Shown: positions 11,601 through 23,229, counted from the first letter of the whole stretch. The stretch is 63,944 nucleotides of DNA, filler included, from 10 parts of 10 records of this genome joined end to end with filler, not necessarily neighbours in it; one strand, 5' to 3'. The notes: a model not told the origin generated them from the letters alone. Made by a program: numbers and translations.

Positions 11601-12419
11601 ATGATCATCGATGTGCTACGCTGTGAATTTCGTGGGAAATCGACAAAAGTCAAGGGCTTTCTTCTGCTCTCCATTTGTTCATATGGTGCAGCCATAGCCG
11701 TACTCTCACAAATCGCACCACAGCATGCGGGTCATTCGACAGGTGGTGCTGGCTACCAAATCAGCATGCCTACCGATCCGACGACTGGCAGGTCCACTGC
11801 GTCACTGTCGATGCCATTTCACAACGCCTACAACCTCCACGCTGCACCAGCGGCAGGTTTTCACTCTGCCGGATGCGAAGAGTCGCCGTTTGAGTTTGGC
11901 TGGGTAGAAGTGAACAGTGGCAAGACGTTTTGGCTGCATGCGAATTTCTCTGTAGCTCAGCTTGATGGCAACAGCGCGATTGTGATGCTGACGGGCCACC
12001 ATCCGTCACAGGTGTTGGCGGGTGGTGCACAGTTGCAGCTAAACGAAGTGCGCTATGCGTGGTCAGGTCAACCACAGTGTGTGCTGTACTCAGGCCATGG
12101 CTCCTATGCCAATGCATCTGCCCTGCCAGTAAGTACACGGCTGACATGCAAAAAAAGCGATTGCAGCTGCACCAGACCAGACACTCTTTTCTGTCTGCTA
12201 ACAGTGCTCTCGTTGCTGCTTTGCTTCCAGGCAGCCCCTTTTCGTGTCGCAGTCATGAGCTGCGCTGAGACGACCAAAGCCTGTTCGCTGGATGGCGTCG
12301 GCATAGGTGCAGACGTCGATGCAGTACAGTGCTGCAGCAAGACAGAGGAGTGCGTACCGTACGGTGGCTGCCAGGCAAAACAACCGTCCTCGGATGAGGG
12401 TATCAAGTCTGGCAGGTGA
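8686..12419 (+). CDS. Sialate O-acetylesterase (SASA/SIAE-like SGNH hydrolase) with an in-frame inserted ureide-permease/DMT-like transporter domain
   Basis: Esterase motifs: GDVYLCSGQSNM, FSAVCF, PIGLVEAAWGGTRIESW, WYQGESN (assembled across introns 9666-9773 and 9781-9874), DLG...VHSTVKQPDGRRLAL, and C-terminal VRYAW..P.C.LY...LPAAPFR. Transporter motifs lie at ~10292-11714. Other introns: 10509-10647, 10727-10826, 11443-11543, 12129-12230. Confidence 0.8.
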
Positions 12420-12840
12420 GGTCACATTCATGGCCGGCGCATTAATCCATCAACAAACGAGAAGTAGCGGCAAAACACACACTCCGTTCCACTTCTCCCA
12501 GTGCCTTTGCTTCGGTGTGCTTGCATTTTCGAGCCACGCCTGTAGCCTCAGATGGGTCGCTGGCGTCTCTTGGAGGCGTGCATAGTGCTACTAGTCACTG
12601 AATCACGCGTCTACCACGACTTCAAGAACTGCAACATACTGGGGTGCGTGTTCTGAATGCCTCGTAGAGCGGGCATGGCGCATGTCAAACGAATGGGTGA
12701 TGATGCATTAGAACATTTGTATCAGTTTTACTTTTCCCAAGAGCGTGTATTCGAATTCATCGCTTCTCCCAGGTGTGCGTGTTCACTGGCTACACTTCCC
12801 AGGCTAATACTAGTGATGACTGCATCCTGCGGCGTCCAGG

Positions 12841-15800
12841 TCATACATTAGCATGGTGCGACGGCCCTCGCTCCGCTGCTGCCTTCGCTTCAAACCCACA
12901 GTGCGCGGCAAACTCACTGCTCGGGCCGTAGTCGAAGCGCAGTTCGGTGTAGGCCTCAATGTGTTGTGCCGCGAAAAAGGCGACACTCGGCATCGTCGCA
13001 TCCATGTTCCCGCCGCAGAACACTTCAAAGCCAAGAATCCAGACTCTCAGGCATACGTTTGGACAAGGACAGCGAATCTACAGCAGCCGAACTTTCCAAG
13101 CGCGCAGACGAACACACATGCTGGGTATGTACAAATACTAGATGGATCGGTCGTGTAGCGCACCCATCTGCGCAAAGACGTTTGGAGAAGCTCCATCGTG
13201 ATTCAAGAATCGGCTTATGTTTCCTTTCTTCTTTGCGTCGATCACATACTCCGCGGCCGGCCAGGCATGTCGGACCGCAGGACTGCTTTCGAGTTCACTA
13301 TCGTGCACCTTTGATTCTATCTGCAACACAAGCTGATAGCTTGTATCGCTTTGGGCGTTCGCCTCTGCCCCGATCATGATCACAAAGTCAAGATGAACTG
13401 AATTGGTTCGTTTTGAAATGGCCAAGTGAGCAAGATCGACAGTCCACTCACCAGGGATAGTTAGAATCTCGCCAACATAGGTCGTCAAAAACGTGCCCTG
13501 CTCGATAGCGTTGCGGCACCACACGCCATAACCGCGCCCACCCTGGTCTACATGGCCAGTGTAAAACACCTCAAGGCCTTGGTGTGTAACGCCGTTTGTC
13601 ACCACTCGATTTTCGTACTTGGTCTCTGTTCCTCGTGGTGTTTCGATAATCACGTCTCTAGCATACCTGTAAAGTGCTCAAAAATGTCAAATGTGTCAAA
13701 CGATTGGTATTTTTCTTTGACCAGAGTGGGCACCGCAGCCTTCCACTGTCGTCGTAGCCTCTGCCAAGACCGTCCAACGAGTGTTGCAGCTCTTCGATAT
13801 CATGTGCTGGTCCGAGGAGCAGACTATCCTTGTCGGTGTGCTCTTTAGCTTCACCAACTCTCTCACTAGCGACTATGTACTCAAATGTGGCAGGTGGCAC
13901 TGGAGAATTGAAGGACAAGGAACAGAGCTTATAGCGCTCGAGTCCAGCTGATAAATCACCCTGCACACGAACGAGTCAGAACACAACTCATGTCGAGCTC
14001 AGCGAAAACATTTGCATACCTGTGATTGCGTGTGATCCCTAGGGTCCATATTGCTTGGATACAAACGTACCGATTGTTGTTTGCTCCACTCCAGCCGCTC
14101 AAACTCGATCGCAGGAACACACAGTGTGAGTGAGCTAACTGGCTCCCAACTTGTAGCTTCGTAGCCCTGCCACATAACTTCGTATTCAGCTGTGGTACCG
14201 AGCCAGCGTTTTCGTAGAATCTTCTCAACGAGATATTCCTCTCCTTCCTCTACCCCTACATTGACTTGCGCACTCGTTGCCATCTGAGCTTGAACCTGAC
14301 CAGTAGCGCTAGTGTGTGTCGATTGCTTTCGTTGAAAGCGCCGCCACGCGCTACTTATGCTTTTGTAGGTACGAACATCGTTTTTATCGTGAAATGCAGA
14401 GTTGAGCGCATCACTGATGGCAGTAGGCTTTGCTCCTTGCATCATCATCTCTCGTAGCATGCGGAACTCAGCACTGCTCCAGAACTTCCTAGGCGTAGCA
14501 GTTTTCGAGATATCTGGTACACTGTCGTTCCAAGTTTGTTGTTGGACACCTGGTGTGTCGCTAGCAGCAGTGTGACTGTCAGTTGTTGCCGGTAGCTGGC
14601 CACGGCGTAGGAACTTGCACGGGTTCTGGATGGACCCATCAGACTTCGGCCCCAGCGCACCAGTAGGCCACAGATCTGCAGCAGCTGATGATACAGTTGT
14701 GGTGTCGGCAGCCAACCCCAAGCATACGTGATCATCGTGCCTTGATGGCAGCGCAGCTACAGTGCCTGGCATTGTCGAGGACTTGTACCGAATTGCAGGG
14801 ACTGTTCCTTCCATTTCATTGTCAGTAGTACACTTGACTCGTTTCGAACCTTTTGGTACTGCGTGAGCTTTATGTCTGCCAACCAGTGACGGTGTCGCGG
14901 CCATCGGATGCGTTTTGTCCAGTTGCCCAAAAGGTAATACGATTGGCACATCATCTCGCGGGAAAAGGTCGGAGTAACCGTATTCTGTCATGCTCTTGTC
15001 GCTCCACTCGACTGTGTACCGATCGGGACGGGCGAATGATACAATCTGCCCAGCACATAGTGTCTCTGCATCCCGTTCATCTACCTGTGTAGATTCCACG
15101 CGCCAGCCAACAAGGCCTCTGCCCTCCTGTGGCCTGCTTCCATACTGTTTCCATACTGTTGCCATCAAAAGTCTGCGGGTCTGCTCGCGAAGACGACGTT
15201 CAGCACGTAAAGCTGTCTCTTTGGCCTTGCTCCCATGGCTACGAGCCACCAAAGCAGCTGATTTTGGAGTAGAAGACCATATTTCTTGCTCCAGTTTTCG
15301 CGGCGCCTGCCTTTTTCGAGTACTGGATGCACTGGTCGACTGACCCAGCGTTGCATGCTGGCCATGCCGCGTGGAACAAGTATGAATACCACGTTTGCTG
15401 CGACAAGCCTCGCACGTTATGTCAGCTTCCTTCTGCAGAGCAGCCTCGCGCCGCTTTTCTACGCGAACGCATGCTTTGCATGCTGCAGTCACGTTTCGGT
15501 CCATCCACACCTCTGCATCTTGTTCGTCTACCGGCCTTGCCGTAGAACCTACAAGCTTGTCAGTACCTTTGTTGAGCGTTTTCACCACCGTCGGTAGCGT
15601 GTCGCGAAGGTACGTTACGCCCAAGACGAAGTCAATGATGGGTCCGATACAATTCAGAAAGCTTTGCGTTCCTCTGCCACCTTCTGCTGGCATCAATCTT
15701 TCTTTTCCCATCTGTCGGTATCCAACCAGCACCACAGCTAGAGTCAACGAATGCGGTAGACTGCTTGTAGCCAGAAGCAATCAGGACGTTCTCACATCCA

Positions 15801-17388
15801 ATATTGTCTCTTCAGCAGGAGGCCACATCTCAACGACGCCGAATACATGCTTGCCCCACTTGGCTCCTATAGGGCACAATGGGATCCATGCTCAGCTAAC
15901 CACAATGCATGAGCACCACTTGGCTCCTAAATAAACTAATTGCATCGAAAGGCACTGTCTGAATGATTCAACTGGTTCCACTGTCTGTCTGAACAATAGC
16001 GTACCACCATCTGTTTTCATCCACCGTATTTTTTTCCCCGCGCTAGTAATGCCATGCTTCCATAGCTGTGTGTCTTCCCCTAGCGGGACGAGGGCACCAT
16101 TCACGTATACAATCAGACCGCCATGTTGAGTGGGGCCGAAATTGTCTCCAAGCAGCTCTTCACCAAATCGCCGGTGATGCCTGTTTTTGTCACTGCGGCC
16201 TAGTCGCAGGACCCCTTTGAATCCTTCACATTCGACATTAATATGCGAAGGATCGACGATTGCACGCGGGACGCCTAACACCCCGAGCTCATCCACCATT
16301 GGTGGCAATTTCTCATCAATACAGTCGTACAAAAATTGTGCACCACCTGGCTGCACAGCCTGGCCGTTCAGAAACAGGGTTGTCTTTGGGTCGGCGAGGA
16401 AGTGGCGAAGCCGTTGGCGAAGTGAGGTGACGTACAACGGGCAGTTGTTGTCTTTCCCGCCAGGAATAGCAGCACCGGAAGCGAGCGCGCTCGGGTGACA
16501 TCGCACATCATTGCCATGCAGGACGAATTGGCGGCAGGCCTCCGATGTTCCTTCTCGTCCTTCGGATCCGAAGTATACCATTCGCGTGCCTCTATTGCGG
16601 CCAATATGAGAAAACTGACCGGCGATGCCTTGGACTGATCGTGATCCTGGTGGTAGAAAAGTGAGCTGCACGCCACGGCGTGTGTTCAGTGAGAGTGCGA
16701 CTGAGAGGATTATCGTCGGCGCAGTGGTGCAGCGCTATCACGTTGCGAGACCCAACTCACGTGTGCGCATGTTTCGCGTATCATGTCGTCATGCGGCCCA
16801 TTTGCCCCCGTCCAGTCCGGCTGTCCGTGAGCAGACGTCCACACGAGTCTCTTTGCTGGCTTGCAAGTTCCGCTGCCGGATGAATCAGCGACGTCGAGCA
16901 GCAGGAGACAGTAGGTATGAAACCCTTCGTTGTGGACCGGGGAGATGGAAAATATTGCCAGCCGCGAGAAAATGTTTAAGCATGCCTTGGTTCCGATGCC
17001 GTTGTGGGAGTAGTTCCGCAGCACCTGAGCGTCAGTTTTGGCCGCGTGCATGCCGAACCGGATCGCCATTTCGCATTCCTTGGGGGTCATGCCAGCGCCT
17101 CGTTGCTCCGTAACGTGGAAACACAGCTCACTAGAGTCCAGGATACGCTCCATCACAACATCGACTCGCTCAGCCCGACCATGTTCTATCGCTGCGCACT
17201 CGAACACCATCACCACCACCACGAGCAGTCTGTGTCAGTAATGTGCTGGGCTGAGCGGCAGAACTGCTCTGGACCGCACCGTTGGCTATCGGCTCCAGCA
17301 AGCGCGAGATAGGGTTGGTGTGTGATTTCTGTCTGAAGAGGTTGCAGTCAACCAGCACCGGACACTCGGTGGCCTCCGCCGCGGCCAT
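12841..17388 (-). CDS. Chromatin protein: MORC-like GHKL ATPase + Tudor-like + Myb/SANT-like + chromodomain + SUV39-like pre-SET/SET
   Basis: GHKL-like LLEPIANAIEHG, RGAGMT, NGIGTK; S5-like VFGVVE. Tudor-like LVGWRV...GQIVSF...YTVEWSD. Myb-like WSSAE...RTYKSISSAW. Chromo EEYLVEKILRKR..EYEVMWQGYEATSWEP. SET NRVV..LEVFYTG..RGYGV, YVGEIL, IDAKKKGNISRFLNH, ELRFDYG. Phase-consistent introns include 16666-16760, 15867-16004, 15712-15795, 13961-14019. Confidence 0.75.
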
Positions 17389-17722
17389 TTTCCGACGGGC
17401 GAGAGGGCGAGAAGTCTACTCGGTCAAGTATTAATGGCACGTACTCAACCGCGTGTTCAAAGCCTGCGCACACTGCGTCGTGCGGACAACCCGGACCCGG
17501 ACGGACGGACGGCACGCGCGCGCGACCGCACATGCTCCATGCATCATACACCGGCCGCGCGCGCGGGAACTTTTACGTGCACCGCCATGCGCGCTCGCTC
17601 GCGCGCGCGTGCCAGGTACCGGTACCGGTGCAGCACGTTTACAACTGCGCAATCAGAATCACAATCAAAATTTCAGTTAACGTTCTGTTGTGTGGGTGCG
17701 CTGGGTGTGGGAGTAGCCGTTT

Positions 17723-17822
17723 NNNNNNNNNNNNNNNNNNNNNNNNNNNNNNNNNNNNNNNNNNNNTTAATTAATTAANNNNNNNNNNNNNNNNNNNNNN
17801 NNNNNNNNNNNNNNNNNNNNNN
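17723..17822. other. Artificial contig spacer
   Basis: 44 N + TTAATTAATTAA + 44 N. Confidence 0.99.
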
Positions 17823-18135
17823 ATTCCAGGAGTTTCCCGTACATGTACGAGTTGTTGTCGCTGCATGAACTTGCAATTTTCTGCAGTTCTGCACATTCGA
17901 TAGTACGTACATTAGTTTGAGTTTGCAGTGCACCAAATCCTCGTGCAAACTCGACCGTAATTTCCAGAAGGAATCCCGGAAGTCTGAGTTTGCAGCACGA
18001 TCCTACAGGATGACGAATACGGAATAGAGTTCTCATACGGTAGCACAATTCGGTCGTGGATGGGTCTCGTGGCGTAACTTTTCTGCCTTCGAGAATCCAG
18101 ACCCGACGCAGCGGCGCGACACAGGCCGGGCTTGA

Positions 18136-20325
18136 ATGGCGCTCGCGCTGCTTTCGCTCGCCGCCGCCGCGTCGATGGACGTGGGGTTGCAGCACGTCAC
18201 CTCCGCCAGGCTGTCGATCAACGTGCCGACGGCGCACTCGGCCGCGGCGACGAGCCAGATTTTTAGCGATGCCTCTGGCACCGACACACGACGCTCACGA
18301 TCGGCGCCAGAGCTGCTGGTGATGAAGACAGACGATGGCCCGGATGGAGGAGGGGGTCGTGCCGGCTGCAACTGTACTGGCCGTCAGAACTATGGCAACT
18401 GGGCCAAGGCGCTGGGTGGCAAGCAGCACGCGCCCACCACGGCTGCGTGCTGCGCGATGTGCACCGCAAACAGCGCTTGCGTTATGTGGGAGTACGACCC
18501 TAGCGCAGGCGCGTGTTGGCTGAAGCGCGACGCCGGAGGGTGTGTCACCAAGCAGAGCCGCATCAGCGGAACCTGTGGGCGCTCACCGCAGCCGGGCCCG
18601 CCGCCGTCTCCGCCGCCGCCGCCGCCAAGCACGATCGAGGTGGATGTGAAGCTGGACGTCACGGGCGCACCCATTGCGAAGACTGCAACAGAGGGTTTTG
18701 TTAGCTACTGCCTCGACTGGTGGGCGCCGCAGCAAGGGGCAAGGCCTGAGGGCTGGGGCAGCCACGCGAACATCCTCGAGATCGATTTCAACTCACCCAA
18801 GCTGCAGGCGCTTGTGCGGGCGTTGGGGCCTTCCTACCTGCGGATTGGTGGCTCGCTGGACAAGGACGTGATCTACAAAATGCCAGGGACAACGGAGCCA
18901 TGTCCGACTAGCAGCGAACGGGGACCAGTGGCCCCAGGTGGCCTGTGCTTGAACACATCACGGTGGGACGCGCTTCATGCCTTCGCAAGGGCGACGCAAA
19001 GCAAGGTCGTGTTTGGACTGTCTTATCCTCAAGTTGAAGCTGGGCCGGATGATGCTGCGAGTGGTATAGGCAGCGGGCTATGGAACTCGACACAGGCAGA
19101 AGCGCTGTTCGCATACTCGAAGCAGCGGGGCTACACACCCGAGACGACACTCTTTGGGTTTGAACTTGGCGAGGAACTCACTGCCTTCAAGGTTGGCACT
19201 GGAGCCTTCAGGAACTATGTGGAATCATATCACCGTGCGGCAGCGCTGCTCAAGAGTGTATTCGGCGGCACATCTACCACCTCCAGCACGACGGAGGCAG
19301 GGGCAACGCAGCAGGTGGTTGCGACTAGTGACGACGGCGGGGCTGCTGCTATACCCAAACTTATGGGCCCCTGCCCTGGTATGTCCTGGCCTCAGCTCGC
19401 TACTTGGTTCCCAGACTTCCTAAAGGGCACGGCTGGAGCACTCGACATCGCTGTATATCACTCCTACAACCAGATCCAGCCGGAGCCACCGCGTCGGGTT
19501 CTTTTCCTCAACGAGACGCCGCCCTCTGGCAGCGTGGCAACGCAAAAGGGTGCCTCAGCAGGGGGCACTGGCTGGCAGGGTAAGGCAATGGCAGGCTATG
19601 CGAAGGATGCGGGTGTCCCTGTCTGGCTTGGGGAAGGCGGGCCGCACAATGGAGGTGGCGGCGGGGAGTATGCAAGCACCTTCGTGTCGAGCTTTGGGTA
19701 CATGGATACCCTGGGGACACTCGCCGCGTTGAATCACTCCGTCTTTGCGCGGCAGACGCTAGTGGGGGGAAACTACGAGCTTTTGCGCTGCAGCAGTGGC
19801 CAGACGGCAGGGCCGCAGCCGGGCGCTGGCTGCGACTTCGAGCCACACCCCGACTACTGGATTGCGTTGTTCTGGCGACGGTACATGGGGCCAGTGGTGC
19901 TCTCACCACCTCTGCTCAGCCCGCTCTCTGCAGAAGCTGCGCAGTACGTGCGGATGTATGCGCACTGCACCCCTCCACCCTCCTCAGCCAGCAACGTTAA
20001 CGCCGGTGGTGGTGGCAACGGCTCTCTGACGGTTGCGTGGGCCAACACCGCCGACAGCGTGACGTTTCGTATGACCCTCCCACAATATCTCTGGTCGCAG
20101 CCTCGACAGGAGTACCATCTCACTGCTGCGAATCGCAGCGAAGGCTTCGGGAGCCGCACGCTCTCCCTCAACAATGGATCCGCGCTGACGGTTGGTGATG
20201 TGGGGGAGTTGCCACCGCTGCTACCGCGTGGACAGCCGCCGCTCCCGCACGGGCTGGTGGTTGCGGAGCCGGTCTCGGTGGGGTTCGTGGTGTTTCCTGA
20301 CGCGAAGGTGCAAGCCTGCATGTAG
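18136..20325 (+). CDS. Secreted heparanase-like glycoside hydrolase family 79 with N-terminal PAN/Apple domain and Pro-rich linker, intronless
   Basis: Signal peptide; PAN-like CCAMCTANSACVMWEY...CWLK; GH79 motifs LDWW, YLRIGGSLDK, CLNTSRWDAL, FELGEEL, WLGEGG, RQTLVGGNYELL, PHPDYWIALFW. Confidence 0.88.
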   Translation: MALALLSLAAAASMDVGLQHVTSARLSINVPTAHSAAATSQIFSDASGTDTRRSRSAPELLVMKTDDGPDGGGGRAGCNCTGRQNYGNWAKALGGKQHAPTTAACCAMCTANSACVMWEYDPSAGACWLKRDAGGCVTKQSRISGTCGRSPQPGPPPSPPPPPPSTIEVDVKLDVTGAPIAKTATEGFVSYCLDWWAPQQGARPEGWGSHANILEIDFNSPKLQALVRALGPSYLRIGGSLDKDVIYKMPGTTEPCPTSSERGPVAPGGLCLNTSRWDALHAFARATQSKVVFGLSYPQVEAGPDDAASGIGSGLWNSTQAEALFAYSKQRGYTPETTLFGFELGEELTAFKVGTGAFRNYVESYHRAAALLKSVFGGTSTTSSTTEAGATQQVVATSDDGGAAAIPKLMGPCPGMSWPQLATWFPDFLKGTAGALDIAVYHSYNQIQPEPPRRVLFLNETPPSGSVATQKGASAGGTGWQGKAMAGYAKDAGVPVWLGEGGPHNGGGGGEYASTFVSSFGYMDTLGTLAALNHSVFARQTLVGGNYELLRCSSGQTAGPQPGAGCDFEPHPDYWIALFWRRYMGPVVLSPPLLSPLSAEAAQYVRMYAHCTPPPSSASNVNAGGGGNGSLTVAWANTADSVTFRMTLPQYLWSQPRQEYHLTAANRSEGFGSRTLSLNNGSALTVGDVGELPPLLPRGQPPLPHGLVVAEPVSVGFVVFPDAKVQACM

Positions 20326-20875
20326 TGATCTAGCTAGCGATCTACTACAATCTGTGCGTGCTACTAGCAGTGGTGGGACCCTCGACGACGGAGGAAAAAA
20401 CAAGATATCTCGTTTGCCGGACATTGAATGAACGCGTACCCGAGTTTCCTAAGCATCCTCACGGCATTGATGGATGCAGTTCAAGTTGTGGGGCAACATC
20501 GACGTAATAAATCAAAGCCTAGCTTCGTTGCAACTAGACCATGGCGACAAGCTTGTGCCCAGCTCCTGCTAGGGACGCGGTAATGGTGTCTCGGCCGAAA
20601 TACTCTTGCTTGTTTGCCGCATGTGAAGCCGCTGTCTAATAGTCGTGAGGTGGGCCGATGCGCCGACCACGATGTGCCGACCACAGTGCAAAGTGTAAAC
20701 GAACGTATTATGACTGTCCGGTGGTCAAACGTCCCAGGAATTTCGTGGGAACGTACAAATCAATTCAAGCGCCCGAACACGTTGCCAGTAATACTAAGTA
20801 GATCAGTTGCTTCTATCGCCAAATCATTCATCTACTGTGGTCCATAGGGTCCGGCAGGCAGTCTAGAGCTTTGCA

Positions 20876-22939
20876 TCAGATGCTCTTTGCCTTACGGGAT
20901 ACCAGCATGGCGGATGGGCCTTCCGCAGCAGCAGCCTCGCGACAAAGCTTGTAGGAGAGCCACCAACACCAGTGAGTGCCAATCGCGCACACAACCTGTC
21001 ACACCAAGAATGAATGCAACGAGACATGAGTCGCCGCAAACAGTGCAGTAGTAGGTCTTTGAGTTGAATTGGCCGAGACGCACCGAGTACGCAAGCAATG
21101 GTAGAAATGGCAACCGTTCACTGAGCCCCGGCCTACACATGAAAAGCACGCGTGGGCCGAGCTCCGCAACCAGCCCCTGTGATAACGAGAGAACGAAGAC
21201 CAGCAACCGACAAATGCAAGCATCAGTGTACGGGACAACTAAAACTGCTCAGAGGGTTGACAGAGCGAGGGGACTACGTACAGCAGTCAGAATGTACAGC
21301 TTTTCAAACCACGCAGCGGAGTCCCACAGCGGCAAGGAGCGTGGAACCGCGAGCATCAGGGCAAGATAGGCCAACCAGGTGGTTACCTTCCAGCTCCACT
21401 CGGGGGATGTATGCACTGCAGCAAACACGCAGAGAGTCTGAGAACCCGCTCTAGACGACCGAGGGCGTACACTGCTGCGTGGCAAGAAATAGAACGTTGT
21501 CGCAGTCTCGCGGAAAATACTCACGCAAAGGAAAGAGCGACAAATGTCCAGTCATGGAAAGTAGCAAGAATAGTCTGTATGCCGTGGTGCTCCTTTGGCC
21601 TCTGGCATCGATGCTGCCTAGCGCAAACACCAACGGCGCGAGCGGTACCGTTGCCATGAGAACTGCCTTCTCGTGGACATGCCATGACAGCATGAAAAAG
21701 CAGAAACTAGAGTAGATGAGGCAAGCGGCGAACATGCGCTGAGATGGTCGACGCCACAGCTTTGCCATCGCCGGGAGCAGTGTCAGTCCGACCAGCGCAA
21801 GCGTGCGGCCCGGAGTGATGTTCGGTAAAAAACGGTGCGCGTCGCCGTCGTGAACCAAGCCACCAGTGAAAGATGGCCCGCTGCCCGCAGCGGCAAGCGG
21901 CACCAGCGACGACAGAGCTGCAGGAAGTCGGCTATGGAGCACTATCCCAGCCTTGTCAGCGAGGTTGTACAGCGCCCAAAAGTTGGGAGCCCAGTATGCG
22001 TGGCATAGTCCTCGTTTAAACGGGAACAGGCGTGCAAGGATCTGCGGCAGCTGCTCCACCCCACCGAGCACAAGGTACGGCCCGAACGAAAGAGCGCAAA
22101 CGAGGCAGACAACTGATCCAAGGGTCACGAACCTCATCAACGAGAACATGGTCGGCACGCCGGCCAGAGAAGCGCCGCAACAGTACCCGCGCAAAAGGTA
22201 CACGAACACTGCCGGCACGAAATAGAGAAAGATGTGCTTGAAGTTGAGCAGCGCGGCGAAAAGCGCCCCGCCCACCAAGGGATTAGGCTTCGGCCCGAGT
22301 AGTTCTCCCAGGCAGCAGAGGAGCAGCGCATACAGCACCCCATTGTACTGAAAGTGCACGTGGTCGACAAGGAGCAGCCCAGGGTTGCAGACGGTGAGAG
22401 CCACAGCTAAGGCCTGGTGATTTGGAGCATCCGGATACAGCCGGGTGCAGAGCCGGGCAGCGGCAGCGGCCAGCGCGCAATCCAGAATGATCACGCTGAG
22501 ACGCTGAAAGAGCACGGTGCCAGCCGACGCGTGCCCCAGGTTGGACACCACCAGCATCTCTGGATCGAACAGCATCGCGGGCCACGAGAGCCCCCACTCC
22601 ATTGCAGCGAAGAATGGTGGGTAGTCCAGCGTCCATTCGGAAGTGTCCTCAAAGTACCAGCGCGAGAGTGGCAATGAGTGCGTGATGGCCAGCCAGTTGC
22701 GATGAACCTCAAAGTCCGTGCTGTGGTACCTGCAGGGGCGACGGAGCAGCAGAAGTCTCGGATCTCAGAACGATTTCTCCGCGTCTCTGCTTGAACGATT
22801 GTACTGGCATGGCATTAGCTGACTGGCTGGCAACGAGACTACAAATTGGGGTACGAATGGGCACTCACCCTGGGATGAGGAGCAGCTTAAGGACGCTCAG
22901 CGCTACAAACAGCGCAGCGGTGGACTGCCGTGCGAGCAT
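20876..22939 (-). CDS. ALG8: Dolichyl-P-Glc alpha-1,3-glucosyltransferase ALG8, multi-exon
   Basis: YHSTDFEVHRNWLAITHSLP, SEWTLDYPPFFA, VDHVHFQYNG, RLFPFKRGLCHAYWAPNFWALY, WHVHEKA. Predicted last exon ends KAKSI*, a KxKxx ER-retrieval motif. Confidence 0.93.
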
Positions 22940-23129
22940 TTGCTGCCCCGGCGCGCTCTCGACACCGCCGTCGCTTGAAGCACTCAACCTGGGCACTGCG
23001 CGTTGCACACCTCGCTCGCGGGTAGCATTTATGAAAATTTGCATCGCAGTACCGCGCGCCCGTAGCGGTATATTATATACCTGGTATTCGAATACATACG
23101 TTGTAAACACGCGATCGACGAGTAAATTG

Positions 23130-23229
23130 NNNNNNNNNNNNNNNNNNNNNNNNNNNNNNNNNNNNNNNNNNNNTTAATTAATTAANNNNNNNNNNNNNNN
23201 NNNNNNNNNNNNNNNNNNNNNNNNNNNNN
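23130..23229. other. Artificial contig spacer
   Basis: 44 N + TTAATTAATTAA + 44 N. Confidence 0.99.

Noticed and set aside
2157-17388. Frameshifted pseudogenes or programmed frameshifting explaining broken ORFs
   Set aside because: The breaks I traced are resolved by phase-consistent GT-AG introns.
8585-23129. Glycan-processing cluster of esterase, GH79 and ALG8
   Set aside because: The esterase is on a different contig. GH79 and ALG8 are simply convergent neighbours with no evidence of a shared pathway.
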